This document shows, one piece after another, positions 23,942 to 36,746 of a stretch of 64,000 bases of DNA. Numbering within the stretch: the first letter of the stretch is position 1; the number at the start of each line of letters is the position of its first letter. The position numbers and the translations under genes are program-made. The notes beneath the pieces are model-generated. The model worked only from the letters and a program-made list of their open reading frames with translations. It did not search any database and was not told the DNA's origin. The stretch comes from Rhizodiscina lignyota (lineage: Eukaryota): positions 2,018,453 to 2,082,452 of the forward strand of contig ML978122.1 of NCBI GenBank assembly GCA_010015805.1, written 5' to 3'.

Positions 23942-25809
23942 AGCAGAGTCGCGACTGGCGTGGTGGCCAAACCGGTCTTTCAGGGCCTATGGATTGCAAA
24001 TGCGGGCAGTATTAAAGCGGGAGAAGCGCTTACACGTCCTCGAGTGCCTAATGAGTCCCGCTCGAACGCTTCTATAGGCGACTGCTGGCGGTCGGGCAAC
24101 GCGACGGAGTTGGGGCGACAGAGGCAGTCTGAACTCCCATGCGGATAGCTACAACATGATCGACAACGGTCGTGATCTTCCGGAGATCAGGAGGAGACTT
24201 CCAAAAGGACTGGCAGGCGGCCAGGAGGAGCAATGGCAAGAGGCAAAGGGAATGAAGCCGGCAAGGAGCGTGGAGCGAGTGAAGTGAAAAGAAGCATCGT
24301 CAGAAGCCTCTTGCTGCAGGTGTACACGCTGCACCCCCGGCCAGTCCGTTTGGGCCAATTCGACGCACCCCTACACGCCGGAAGGCCTGTTAGCGTGTGC
24401 CAAGGCGTCGAAGGGGGCTGTGCAAACCGACAGCTCGTCAACGCCCAGCCCTCACTCCCTCCCAACCGCGCCCTCAGATGCGCCTCTCGCACTCTCCCAC
24501 GCGCCCGCCAGCCTGATCGAAGCCTAGCGGGCCATGATAAAAGCTGGCCAAGCCGTTGCAAGACTTCACGAAGCCGTTGCTCAAGACTCCACGCACTCTC
24601 ATGCCACACTGATGATTGAACGGCCTCACCAAGGCTCCCAGCCGCTCCGCTCCGCTCCTCCAAGGCGCTTGGCATGACAGTGAGCGTCATCGTCATCTTC
24701 TCGCGTGCTCTAGCTCCCAATGCTGCGTCGCAAAGAAAGCGTCGCGCCTCTCACGCGAAGAGACTCCTCGCCAGTGAGCCGCTCGCCCTCGTCTCTGCAA
24801 GCCCATCCTCCTCTCCTGGACCTGGGGCGCCTGACTACACCTTCCGCATGCGATTCGCCGCCCGATCTCTCCCACTTGCTTCCATTTCACGGAATGGCTC
24901 GGCATCCCTCGTCCTTCCTCACGCACCTCGCCCAGCAAACCGGCGTGTCGCCCGAATTGCCTCTGATTCTGATTGCTCGCATGTTTGTTTACAAGATCTG
25001 ACCCTGTCCAGCATACCAGCGTACCTGCTCGAAGATCCGGTGTTCTTGCCCCATCGCTTACTGCCAAAGCTCCTTCGCCTAGGATCTGCTCCTTACGCCC
25101 CTACTCTCCACGAGGCCGGCACGCATCTCCACCTAAGCAACTAAGCACCGGAGGGCGCAGCAGCGAAACGGATTTCGCTATCATTTCCTACGGATTGTCA
25201 ATCTCACATTCTAGATCTGTCAGGCGGCCGTCTGCATCTCTGTGGTTGGCCGCGGTCCCGCCGCCGAGAACGACCCGCGATCAATCTCTTTCTTGCACAG
25301 CCCCTTTTCGCGACAACCTCAACCTCCCACCGTCCCAGCGTTGAATTCCACTCGGCGGAACCTTGGCATCTCCTCGGCACAGAGGCAAACTTTATTGCTT
25401 CGGCATGTGTGAGCTGAGAGCCAAGGCCGTGAGGTGTGCTGTCACTGCGCGATTTTCCCAGTTGGCGTACCAAGGTCATGTGAAACCGTGAGTGGAGTTG
25501 GCAGAGCCCGCTTGCCACGACGCGGCATCTTCATTGGCGACTGCGCCCTCTCACGTTAACCGCCCGCGATAGCAAGACATGAAATGCTTTTGAACGCGCA
25601 AGTTGAGGCGGAGTTGGAGATCGCCTCCTCGTTCCCCTCAGATCGGCCAGACCAGGTATCTCTTTACGGTAATACCCCCCTGGCCAAGGAGACAAGATCT
25701 GTCGGTACGAAGTACAACATCGCTTACAGCTTTGCACACACTGGAAACCACTCCAAGATGCATTGAGAGTGATACTAGGAATCAATTGCAGTATAGGGCA
25801 ACGCCGTAT

Positions 25810-25843
25810 CAGGATACGACGAGCAGGATACGACGAGCAGGAT
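25810..25843. repeat. Short tandem repeat, 14-bp unit x ~2.4
   Basis: CAGGATACGACGAG CAGGATACGACGAG CAGGAT. Confidence 0.85.
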
Positions 25844-26658
25844 TCCGCCTTGTAATGACCGATTCAAACAGATCGAGAAACATATGTGGAGTCCATCGAA
25901 TCCGCCTTGAAACCTGAGGAAACAAACGAAAGCCACCAACCTTCTTTCATTTCCTCGACCCTTGACTGCGGAACATGATGTGGGGAGATTCCGTTACACA
26001 GCCTGCAGAGATTCTGCGGTGCGATATCTGACGTCCATCAATGGAAGTCGGCCCGTGATATATCCAATTGATATGCAAATTTGAACGAGACTTCGATCGT
26101 GTGGCGCATGAAATAACTTTCAAAATTATTCCCGTGGTCCACGGATCTGACGAGTTTCACGTCGGAGAATAATATACGAGTGCGATGAGAGCCTCGCAAG
26201 GCATAATGGAGGAATCAGTCCGAGATGCATCTACCAAATCCTCAGGCACCAATACCTCAACCATACCTTCAGTCCCCGGGGTTTGATAGGCCGATCTGGG
26301 AATAGAGAATAGTCAGATTGAAATTCTGCAAAGCGAATACAAATTTGAGCAGTGCTCGACTGCGATGCCTGACTCGTGACGTTACGGGTTAGGGTTAATG
26401 CCTCGTTCCTCTTCGATCCCAAGCTAATTCAGCGCTGCACGGAGAGATAACGTCTGACTGCACTTCATTGTTTCATCGAAGTAGTTGTATCGCAATCGCC
26501 TACACTGTACACGCCCTGATACCGCTGTATAAAACCCGGGGTAGTCTCGCAACAAGGGAATCAGTGGTACCAGTCAACGCTCCAAACAATAAAATGCAGT
26601 TACGCCGCTGGCAGCTCGCCAGCGCATCTCAAAAGAAACCCCCTCCAGTCTGACTCGT

Positions 26659-29204
26659 TCACCGCTTCAATCCAAGGAACTTGTGATGTTTCTTCTTCTC
26701 CTTTCCTTCCTTTTCCTTGTACAACTTGCCTCCGCTGTGACTTCCGTTTGCACCATTCGCCCCCGATCCCAGACTCATATTCGCCATCTCGTTCGATGGT
26801 GCCTGCTGCTGGGGTCTACTCGACATGCCGCCTCCAGCACCTGGTCGATCAGGCAGCCCACCGCCAGGCGGCCGTCTGCCTGCCGACGCAGATGCGGCGG
26901 GACTCGACCGTGCAGCTGCTTGCATAGCGCTTGTCGTTTGAGGAGCAGCAGCCTGCCCAGGAGGAGGGGCGCGTTCTTCCTCAAACACCCAATTCGGCGT
27001 CTTCGGCTTCACTCCGTCGGACGGTAGGCCCAGCCTTCTCCGGTCCGAGCTCAAGTCGCCGAGCTGCCTCATCCACAGTCCAGGCGTCAGCATATGGCTG
27101 CTGACCAGGTACACCTCTCTTCCAGTCTTCTCGCCAACTTCATAACATGCTCTGCTCTCGCTGTACGTCGCGCCACCAGCCATAAACACTATGACTCGCT
27201 GGCGGTTCTCGAGCGATGCTCCCCCACGAGTTTTCGCCCAGGTTGGTTTTGCGGAGCGCAAGGAAGCTGCAGCAATAGCGGCAGTGTCACTCTCATCTGC
27301 CGAGAGGTGCGGTTTTGTGTAAGGGAATATTGTAGTGTCGAGTGTGTTGGTCGCATGTGCTTCCAGTAGCTGTTGCAGATTCGTCTCGTATCTGCTAAGC
27401 GCATATTCGCCAAGATCTACTCCTGGAGGTGGCGATGTTTTCCGAGGGAAAATTGGAATTGGCGGAGGTGTCTTGTCCTTGAGAACTTTCGCAACACGTG
27501 CTCCCAGAAGTTCGAGATTGCGCAAGACATCTTCGTCATTTGGAGAGAGCTGTGCATGGGCTCGGAGGCGGGAGAGGTCGGCTGGGAGGAGGCCGTCCTT
27601 GTAGAGTAGATAGAGAGCCAAGAGTCGAAGACGATCCGGGGGTTGGACTGATTCCTCATCGAGAGTGCGAACCACTTGGTCAGCAACATTCTTGGGTTTG
27701 CGATAGTCCTCATCGAGGCCTGTTGCGAGGGACTGAAAGTGTGTTACTATACTTAACCTGATGTAAACGGAAGAAGCGGAAATAGGCATACCTGTTCAAC
27801 GGAGGCCAAGTCGGGTAGTTTGAATTGCTGGAAGAGGTTCATGCACTCCTGCGCCATGCTCAAATGTAACGAGTACGCTTCTTTCATTGACTGAAATTCT
27901 GGGAGGCCGGCAAGCATGTCCTTGATAGCGTTCAGACTGTTGGCTTTTCCACTGTCTTGCTTTGTGAAATGGGGGTTCTCTTGGATGAACCTTTGAAAGT
28001 CACCCATAAGCTTTTCTATCGTATCCTTCATGTGCCTGTGTCGATTCTCGACCCATATTTTGTCATTCTCCGAGAGTTCCATATCTTTCTCTTCCTCATC
28101 TGGTTGACCTTCATTTACCACAGTCCGGTATGTGATCTTGTCGCCATCTTTGATGGGAAGCAAGTCGAATGCCATAGCTTCGTATGTGAACTCGTGCAGG
28201 AATGGCGCCATTAGGTCCATTGCTCGATCAACGATGTATAGCACTCCTCGAGGCCGTGGCGAGGGAGGGGGGAAATCTTCATGATATTGAGCCCACATGT
28301 CCAGTTCGTCTTGAACTTGCCGTGCAAGCAATGAGCAAAGAACATGGGCTTCGTGCGATGGGAGAGGGTCTCGCGGTCGATAGTAGCGGATATTCGGGTA
28401 TTCGCCGAGCGATACGCATATAGCAACGATCTGGACGCATCAGTGTTAGGCAACTTAAATCTGCATCTGTAGACCATATAGTACCTTCTCAGCTAGATCA
28501 GAGATGTGATGTCGTATTAGATTATTACAGGTCGGATGGTATAGAATTGGAAAGCTCCAAGGGTCTCGAAATGTGATCAGATGTGATTCGCGAGGATAGT
28601 AGTCGACATTCAGCACCTGCAAGCGTGCGATTTGGCTTCGGGCACGATCCACGCGCTCACGGAGTTCAGGTGCAAGCTCTGTCCAAGGGATTAGTTGCAC
28701 CAGTGCAAAATATGTGGTATGCAGCGCTGAGCCTACTTGATGTCCATATTATGTAGGATTTTCGATATCTTCTTCGATCGAAGTCTGCGACTAGGCAGTC
28801 GACGACATGTGGCTTCGGCGAAAGGAGATATATAGCGTCCATGTCATGATTCATCGGTCGCTTTTGCTCAATCACTTCGATGTCTGTTGTGAAAGTCAGA
28901 GCTGGCCTATTCCATGGGTAACTAGCACAACTTCCGTACTTGTAATGTTCGCATTCAATATGTCATCCTCTTTCACCACATTGTCTACAAGTTTCCGAGT
29001 AGCCTCGTCCATAACCATGACTTTCCACTAGGCATATCTCGTTAGGCGGCAAGAGGGATGCGACGGAGGGGATTCGAACACGTACTTCGCCTGGTGCTGT
29101 CTTCTTGATAGTATCAAGAATAACTATAAGAGTTTTAGCATTCCTCCAAAGCGGTCGGATAGTTTTCACTCACTTGCACGCTGCATATCCATAATGGACG
29201 CCAT
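26659..29204 (-). CDS. SEC1: Sec1/Munc18 (SM) family exocytic SNARE regulator
   Basis: Multi-exon gene starting MASIMDMQRA. Contains DAIYLLSPKPHVV, IVDRAMDLMAPFLHEFTYEAMAFDLL and RVIVFMAGGATYSESRACYE, with a basic C-terminal tail. Confidence 0.93.
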
Positions 29205-29905
29205 GTTGGGCAACCTGGAGCGGTGGGCCCCACGCGCTCAGGTTCCTCGCCAGGTACGGATCGATCGTCTGCGCAGGTGTTTCGATTACGTGCTATCGGA
29301 GGTTATGAGAGCGGTAGAATGAGGACGGAAAGCAGAATTGGCATGGACGGGCTTATTTGAAGTGGGATCAATCTGTTGAAGCTCTTGCATTAATGGCGGA
29401 GGGGCCTTGGCGGCGCTGATCGTCTCGGATCCCTGAAGCCTTTGACGTCGCTTCATCTTTCCGGGCTAACCTTCTTTCAACAACCACCACAAAGACTTTC
29501 TATTTGATCAGATGCTCCAGCGAATCACCGCCACAGTAACTATATTCTTCTTCCTCCCGTGTCTCTTTCAGTCTCTGTCTCCTTGAGCGGTTCTTGAGTC
29601 GACGTCAGAACACCTCTGGTCGGTCTCCCAACCACATCTGAACACATGACCTTCGTATTACCATTTGAGCTAAAATTCTATATTTCGTTGACCTATATTA
29701 CTTAATCTTTTCATGTGTTATACATAATCTTGTTCTGTGATATTAAACATTCATGGGACCGAGGCGGAACGGCTGCCTGGATCCCCAAGCTTTTTGTATT
29801 TAAATTGCTCAGGCCTCTGACGTCTGACCATATCCATCGCAACATCTTTTCATTGATGCCACAAGCCTCCCCCTGAAGAATTAAGCCAATACTTCAGGCA
29901 CGACA

Positions 29906-30475
29906 ATGCGTCAAAATCTTGTCACCCTGATTGCTCTCAGTGGCCTCGGAGTTGCCGCACCAGCCTTCAATGGTAAATGGGCCTGGACATACTACCACCT
30001 GTCGTTCCTCCTAACCCATTGCGCATATGCCATAGGTGGTGCGCCGGTATATGCACGCTCAGCTGAGGCTGTGCCAGGTTGGAAGCTTGGCCCAGTGACA
30101 GAGGGCTGGAGACGCGAAGCAGGATCGTGTTGGAAGCCCGACGTCGTCGCTGCATCTATTGGCAAACGCCAGGCGCCGTCTGATCGGAAACGGAGAGCTG
30201 CGTCAGGTTGGGAGCGTGAGGCCAATTCGGACCGGAAACGTGGATCGCCGTCGGATGAGAAGCGTGGACCAAATTCGGACTGGAAACGCGAGGCTGAATC
30301 AAGCTGGGAGCGTGAATCTAATTCAGGCTGGGAACGCGTAGCTACGTCGGGCTGGGAACGCGAGGCCAATTCAGACTGGGAACGTGGACCAACGTTGGAC
30401 GAGAAACGTGAACCAAATCCCGATTGGGAACCTGGAGCTGCATTGGACTGGCAGCGCCAAGTTACCTCGGACTGA
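29906..30475 (+). CDS. Secreted Kex2-processed repeat protein (KEP)-like peptide precursor, 168 aa after splicing
   Basis: Signal-like MRQNLVTLIALSGLGVAAP; 63-nt intron 29973-30035 (GTAAAT...CTAAC...TAG); twelve 8-aa repeats of type x-x-x-S-D/G-W-K/E-R. A TATA-like TATTTAAA lies ~110 bp upstream. Confidence 0.8.
   Translation: MRQNLVTLIALSGLGVAAPAFNGKWAWTYYHLSFLLTHCAYAIGGAPVYARSAEAVPGWKLGPVTEGWRREAGSCWKPDVVAASIGKRQAPSDRKRRAASGWEREANSDRKRGSPSDEKRGPNSDWKREAESSWERESNSGWERVATSGWEREANSDWERGPTLDEKREPNPDWEPGAALDWQRQVTSD
30170..30475 (+). repeat. Coding minisatellite, 24-bp unit x ~12.7
   Basis: Units such as GAGGCCAATTCGGACCGGAAACGT, GGACCAAATTCGGACTGGAAACGC and GAGGCCAATTCAGACTGGGAACGT in exact 24-nt register. 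Confidence 0.9.
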
Positions 30476-31708
30476 GGATGCGGACAAGTACCAGGCAACT
30501 GAAACGGAGTCAGACTACCAAAGATCCACTTAGGTTCTTCAGCTGTTGAGTTGTTCTCTGAGCCTTGGGGTTCTGAAGGGACATGATCCGCGTATTCACG
30601 TGGTTTCAACATTCGTTGCAGAAGCACTGAAGATCGAGTTGGCTGCGTCATGCTTTGCTGTTGAAGGTGTTTCTTCTCCGTCTGTCTTGGGCGGCAGGAT
30701 AACAATAAAGAGCTTGGTACGCCTGAGTTTTCTGCCTTGTTATCGTGCGTATCTCGTGTATCCAGACGAACATCGGGTATCTGCGACTTGGAGACGCGTG
30801 AGGTGAAGAGTTGCCGAAGACAGCTCGTGAATCTCATCCCCACTCGATGGCAAGGGACTCCATATCTCAGCTATCCATTTTATTTCATCCATACCTTGTA
30901 GTCAGACTTGAGTCTTCTTTCAACGACCGAGCATCCGTCTCACCTTCAAGCTTCCACGGAGGATATCAGTCCCATGAGAGGTTTTCTGTTTGCAAATTTT
31001 CCGTTTCCGCCAATTTGCTTGCCTTCCTCAATGTCGCTTGGAGGATTTTGAGGCGATTTATGCTGACAAAGATTGACCTTCCACGCCGACGTATAGGATG
31101 ATCGGCGTTAACACGTACTGGCCTTCAAAAACTGCGTACAATTGAGGAATTTCTTTCCGCAGGAGCATAAGAGGAAGCTTACTGCGTCTCTTCATCGTCT
31201 CCAAAATACCGTTAGCAGCCTGTTATTGAATTCTAGGCTCTGACTCCCCACGTGGTTCTACACGGAAAAGCTGATGTGGACTGGATTCTGCTCCCTTTTG
31301 TAATAATTTTACGTGTGAAGTAGATCGGAGCTAACTTTATCTGTGAAGACCGAGGCTCCCGAGATGTGGTCGTGCCTGAAAGATATATCCAAGCGGCATA
31401 AACAATGTGGCAAAGGAATGGCAACTTGCTGAGGTATGACATCTCGTGCGAAACCGCACAATGCCCACCGTCAACCCGAACGGCGATTCGGTAATTCTGA
31501 TAGGACAACCACTTTGGCGAAGCAAACCGGGATAATTGGCACCCGACTCGGAAGAAATTCATCGCGCAGTGCGAATGCTCTGCCGAAAACATTTAAACGA
31601 GCGTGCCGTGCTATTCGGGTAGTCAAAACGTCCAATTAGAGTACCGATCAGTTGCCGACGTCGAATCCCTTTACTCTTTTAAGATATCCAATCATCAAAC
31701 ATCAAACC

Positions 31709-32187
31709 ATGCGCTCTCTCTGATCACTGCCTGGATGGCTCTTTGCAGCGTCGGTTATGCGGTTGCAACACTATCCGGTAAGGCACTATCTTTTTATATC
31801 TATTAGCTGCTCATATGGCATAGCTAATGAGAATCGTGCGATGCTATATTGTACTCTTAGTCACTCTCCAATCCTCACCGATCAATAGCGCAGAATTTGA
31901 AGACCGGGGTGAAATTAACGGAAAGAACCTGCCCAAAGATCAAGGAAATGGGCAGCTGTGAGAACTGGAGAGTACTGCGTCAGTTATGCCTATGCTGGGA
32001 AGACGTATGGATGACCGGAGTGAAAATCGGAGTGTGTGCGGACTTTAACTTCTCGTTTGCCTGGACCACTGATCCTGACGAGTGTTCGTTCCAGCTCAAC
32101 CGCGTACGATTTACATGTCAAAGTAATCCACTCATCAGCTCTAAGCAAGAAGTCGATCAAGCTTTACAAATACCCTCATTTTACTGA
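31709..32187 (+). pseudogene. Probable disrupted small secreted cysteine-rich protein
   Basis: The ATG at 31709 hits TGA at codon 5, while the adjacent frame reads signal-like LITAWMALCSVGYA. A clean intron spans 31778-31860 (GTAAGG...GCTAAT...TAG). The downstream frame has 7 Cys in ~65 aa. Confidence 0.35.
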
Positions 32188-32779
32188 ACCTCGGTGCTCA
32201 TTGGTGCAGACACTTGAACTCAAGGAGAAGAAAGATGATGAAGGAAGGAAACAAAGGTGCCATCACAATAACCAACGTAGTCAAGGTATGTTAAAGAGGA
32301 AGCAGTACAAATGGCGTTGAAGAGACAACGTCAAAGTTATTCGTCTTGAGCTGCTATCAGGAGATTGGTGATTGTTCCGCCAGTCCCTCAAGGCTTTTGC
32401 TATCCAATTTCGATGGATCATCTTGATCTTTAGGAGCTTTCGGCTTGTCATACAACTGCCATTTTGACCTAGACATTATAATTAAAAGACCTCGAACGGT
32501 GTATAGCCAAGTGAAGTTGATTGCTATTGCATATAACCACACCAGCCCTTGCAATAGCTGCGGGGAGATAACTTCTTGCCCAATCAATGCTCCACCGGAA
32601 CTGTACTTCCGAACCGTGTTTTCGCGGCAGTAGGGAGTCAAGCAAGCCTCTATATCAAATATATTCCTTCCTTGGCTCGACAAATCGCCGCTGACGCACG
32701 AGAAGGCCTAGCCAGTAGTTCGAATTTCGCAAGCAGGAATGGGAGTCTAGACTTCTTCTGAATATCGACTTGCCAAGCT

Positions 32780-34219
32780 ATGGGCTCCCCCATACTAAAT
32801 CCAAAAGACTTCAAAGTCGCAATCGTTGGTGGGGGAATTGGCGGTCTCACAACGGCATTGTGCTTGTCATACCACTGCCCTGACATCAACATCACAGTCT
32901 ATGAGCAGGCTCCCGTTTACAAAGAAATTGGCGCAGGGATCGGGATTGGAGTGAACGCAGCACGGATTCTGCATCGTATTAGAGTCGGTGACGATGCAAA
33001 CGCAATATCAGGAGACCGCAATGGCACGCACAGGAGCATGCGGAGGTTTGACAATGGTGAAGAGATCTGTCAGGTCGAGGCCATGGACGAACCGAAGGAA
33101 ACCAACGTTCGCCAATTGTCTGTACACCGAGCTGACTTTCTCGAGATTCTGCTGAAACATGTACGAGAACGAGGAATAGTAATACTACTAACGAATAAAA
33201 GGGCAGTGAGGATTGAGGTATGGAGATTCTTTTCCTTGAAATATAACGTCATATTTAGAGGAGAAGACTAAGGAAAAAACTTTACCAACTTGCAGGATGG
33301 CGGAAATGAAGTTCAGGTGCATTTCCAAGATGGAACAAGCGCAAAAGCCAATCTTGTGATTGGTGCCGATGGCATCCATTCGATCATTCGGTCACAGTTT
33401 GCGACAGATCCACCATGCTTTTCTGGAACGATAGCTTATCGTGGATTGTTACCACTCGATGCAATTGCACAATCCTGGCCCTTCCCGTCCTACTCTGTAT
33501 CATGGCTTGGGCGTGGGAAGCACTTCCTGACGTTTCCCATCTCAAAGAACAAAATCTTGAACGTTGTTGGATTCGTATCGAAGCCGGAGGAGGAGCTGGG
33601 GGACCTGAAAGAGAGTTGGACCAGCACGGCCGACCGGGGTGAGCTGGAGGCTGAATATGAGGGGTGGGATCCTTCGTTGCTAGCTGTAATTCGGAACATG
33701 GACCAGACTGTTGGAAAGTGGAGGATCAATGACCGGGACCTGCTGAAGCAATGGGTCTATCTCGATGGGAAAGCTGTTTTGCTTGGCGATGCAGCGCATG
33801 CTATGCTTCCACATCAAGGTTCTGGGGCTGGATATGCCATCGAAGACGCATATATTCTCGGCTTGGCCTTGAAGGACTTCTTTGCGGCAAATGCGGCTCC
33901 TCCATTGAATGAGCCGGGCTCGTCGGTGATGGTCTCGGCTCCCAGGCTTGGTAACTCCTTTCAAGATCGAAAGTCCTTGTCTACATGGATGCAGGTTTAC
34001 CAGCTCGTGCGTCTTCCTCGAGCCCAAAAGTCGCAGATTGCGTCAAGAGAATCTGGTAATCTCCGTGCCATGCAAGGGTCGGACTTCGAGGGCCTGAGCT
34101 ATGAGGAATGTCTGCCGGTTGTGAGAGAAAAACTGAAAGGGCGGATGAAATCTGTTTGGGGGGCTGATATTGGCGCTGACTACGAGGCGCTCGTGAAGAA
34201 GACTGGTCTTAGAGGTTAA
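32780..34219 (+). CDS. FAD-dependent monooxygenase, salicylate hydroxylase-like (group A)
   Basis: VAIVGGGIGGL, EIGAGIG, VHRADFL, VIGADGIHS and LLGDAAHAMLPHQGSGAGYAIEDA motifs. Intron 33218-33295. Confidence 0.92.
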
Positions 34220-34879
34220 GGCAAATGAAAGGATTTGTTTTGGCCTTATGAATTTACTAGACTTAAGTTGGTTAACCGCTGCGTACTTTTCAGCAAGACG
34301 GCTTCGCACTCGTCGGCAAAGATCTTCAAGCTCTTCCTTTGCCTCCCTTCCTTCTGCAAAAGCAGCCTCGCAACGTAGATACCTCGAGCCACGGACACTA
34401 ATCACAACTTGCAGAATCAAAAGTTTGTCAATCGAGTCCGAACGTTGGATATTGTGGCGTCGAAAGCGCAAGCTTGCTTCCGAAATCCGGGGAGATCACC
34501 ACCATGGTAGCACTAAATGACACACAAACTCTTCCGGCACAGCCAAACCCCATGCTCTCCACAGCAAATGCACTTCTCGGCGCTTGCGGGGAAAACTGAT
34601 ATAAACGACAGCACATTTTCTCGGAATTGCCGATCGGTACTGCGTTCGGACGATGCTATCCCACCCACAGTTCACATAAGGGTGCCTGCGTGCACCCTCA
34701 GGCTATGGGTAGGTCGTTCCGTTCAACTGGGTTTTCTTCGCTTGGTACGGAGTAGATCTTAAAGATTCTTTAGTCCCTTGTGAAACATTTCTCTTCCCGA
34801 TTTTAAGTTTCATTTCGTTCACCGGTTCATCTTCAGTTCAAAGAACCCCCTCTCAGTGGCCTCGTTATAAAACCTCATA

Positions 34880-36746
34880 ATGGGAACAGGGGAGCTAGAG
34901 CCCGATCCAACATCGGAGATCGCTGTTCAGAACGAGAAGGACATCACGGTACAGGAAGAACGAGATGGCAACGATAAGGCGACCGGATTGAAGCTGGATC
35001 CTCATGGATTCCCTTTACATCCACAACCTTCGTCGGATCCGAGGGGTATGGTCTCCTCGGCTTATCTGAACAGTTATTAGATCTAACGATTCTAGATCCA
35101 CTGAATTGGAATAAATGGTTCAAGCTCTGGGTCTTGTTTCAAGTTTCGTTACTATCATTCCTCAGCCCGTTTACTCAGGCTGTCATTGTATGTCTCGGCA
35201 TCACAAATCCTTCAAGCTGTCTCGTTGACATGAGACCAGAACGCTGCATATATCCCACTCTCAAAGGCCATGCACATCACCGTGCAACAAGCATCCTACT
35301 CACTCACTGTCGCCATTATCACCTCCGGAGTGGTCCCTTTGATCTGGCCAGCGATCTCAAATGTCTACGGCCGACGTCCCATATTCATTTTCGTTTCTAT
35401 CCTCGGAATCATTGGGCATGCTGCCTCCGGAGCCGCACCGAAGTGGGGAGGCATCCTTACCGCAAGAGCATTCATGGGCATTGGTACCAGTGCTGGTACA
35501 GGTATTGGCGGTGCTGTCGTGGCTGATATGTATTTCATGCATCAGCGCGGAAGGTGAGTACCAATGTTGTGCATGAGCAGCAGGGACAGTCTAACTTGTA
35601 CCCACAGATATATGGGATTTTACGTCTTCTTCCTTCAGAATGGGGCACATATCGCCGCAGTTGTTGGTGGCTATGCAGCAAAGACATTTGGATGGAGAGC
35701 GTGAGGAATTCTGGAGTCGGCATGTCTTACTCCCATACTTACTGATATGGATTAGGTGCTTTTGGATTCCAACAATCATCTGGGGTTGCAACTGGGTTGT
35801 CAACGTCTTCTGTCTCCCCGAAACGCTCTACCACAGAAACAACGCTACGGGCGAGTCGCTGCAGCCGCAGAACGAACCATGGATCAAGCGCTTTACTTTC
35901 AACAGCGCCGCCGTCGGCCGAGGCAAGCTGAGGCTGCGCGACTTCACGCATGTCTTCGAGATGCTGAGATATCCGAGCGTCTTCTTCCCAACACTGTACT
36001 ACGCCATTTCCTTCGGAGTTGGCACCGTGCTCTTTGCTGTAACTGGAGCGTCGGCATTCAGTAGCATCTACCATTACGATACCTCCCAGATTGGTTTGAT
36101 TATCGGACTACCGACGCTCATTGGCTCCTTGCTTGGCGAATTCTGCTCTGGACCGGTTAGTGATCGCATCCTGTATCTGTATACCAAACGGCACAATGGT
36201 GTGAGCAAGCCTGAGGCTCGGTTGCAGGCCATGTGGCCAGGATTCATCATTATGCCGGCTGGCGTGATCATCGAGGGTGTCTGCTTGCAGTACCACACGC
36301 ATTGGATGGGTCCAGCGATGGGCATGGCTCTGGGACTGTTTGGACTGCAGATTGTCAGCACGAATATATTTGCTTATGTGGCAGACGTGAGTACTCAAAA
36401 ATTCCCGGATTCCGACTTTGAAACAGAAGCTGATCAAATATGATGTAGTGCTATAAGCCTCAGTCCTCCGAGCTGTCCACTCTTCTCAACTTCGGCCGTC
36501 AGACATTCTCATTCACTCTCGGCTTCTACATGGTAAGCATTATTCGAAGCAAACAGCTAAGATCGCGCATGGCTAACGATTGCGGCAACGCAGATCCCAT
36601 TCGCGAAGGAGACTACTTATGGCGTCGCATGGAGCGTCATGGCACTCATCAACATGTCACTATTCGCAGGAATCATCTTATTGATGTTTAAGGGTGAGAA
36701 GTGGAGAGAACGATTGGGCCCACCGAACTTTGATCGAGATTTGTAG
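34880..36746 (+). CDS. MFS transporter (DHA1-like)
   Basis: PQPSSDPR/DPLNW, motif A-like SNVYGRRPIF, VADMYFMHQRG, LPETLY and KPEARL. Multi-exon; stop TAG at 36744-36746. Confidence 0.9.

Noticed and set aside
30170..30475. CRISPR-like array
   Set aside because: Eukaryotic coding tandem repeat with no repeat-spacer alternation and no cas genes.
29992..30843. 283-aa antisense ORF over the KEP gene
   Set aside because: It stays open as the mirror of the 24-bp repeats. The + strand carries the signal peptide, intron and processing sites.
31233..31592. DUF3328/UstYa oxidase near the KEP (EHSHC in a minus-strand ORF)
   Set aside because: The spacing is HxHC, not the paired HxxHC motifs. There is no N-terminal TM segment or LRQxxMC-like context.
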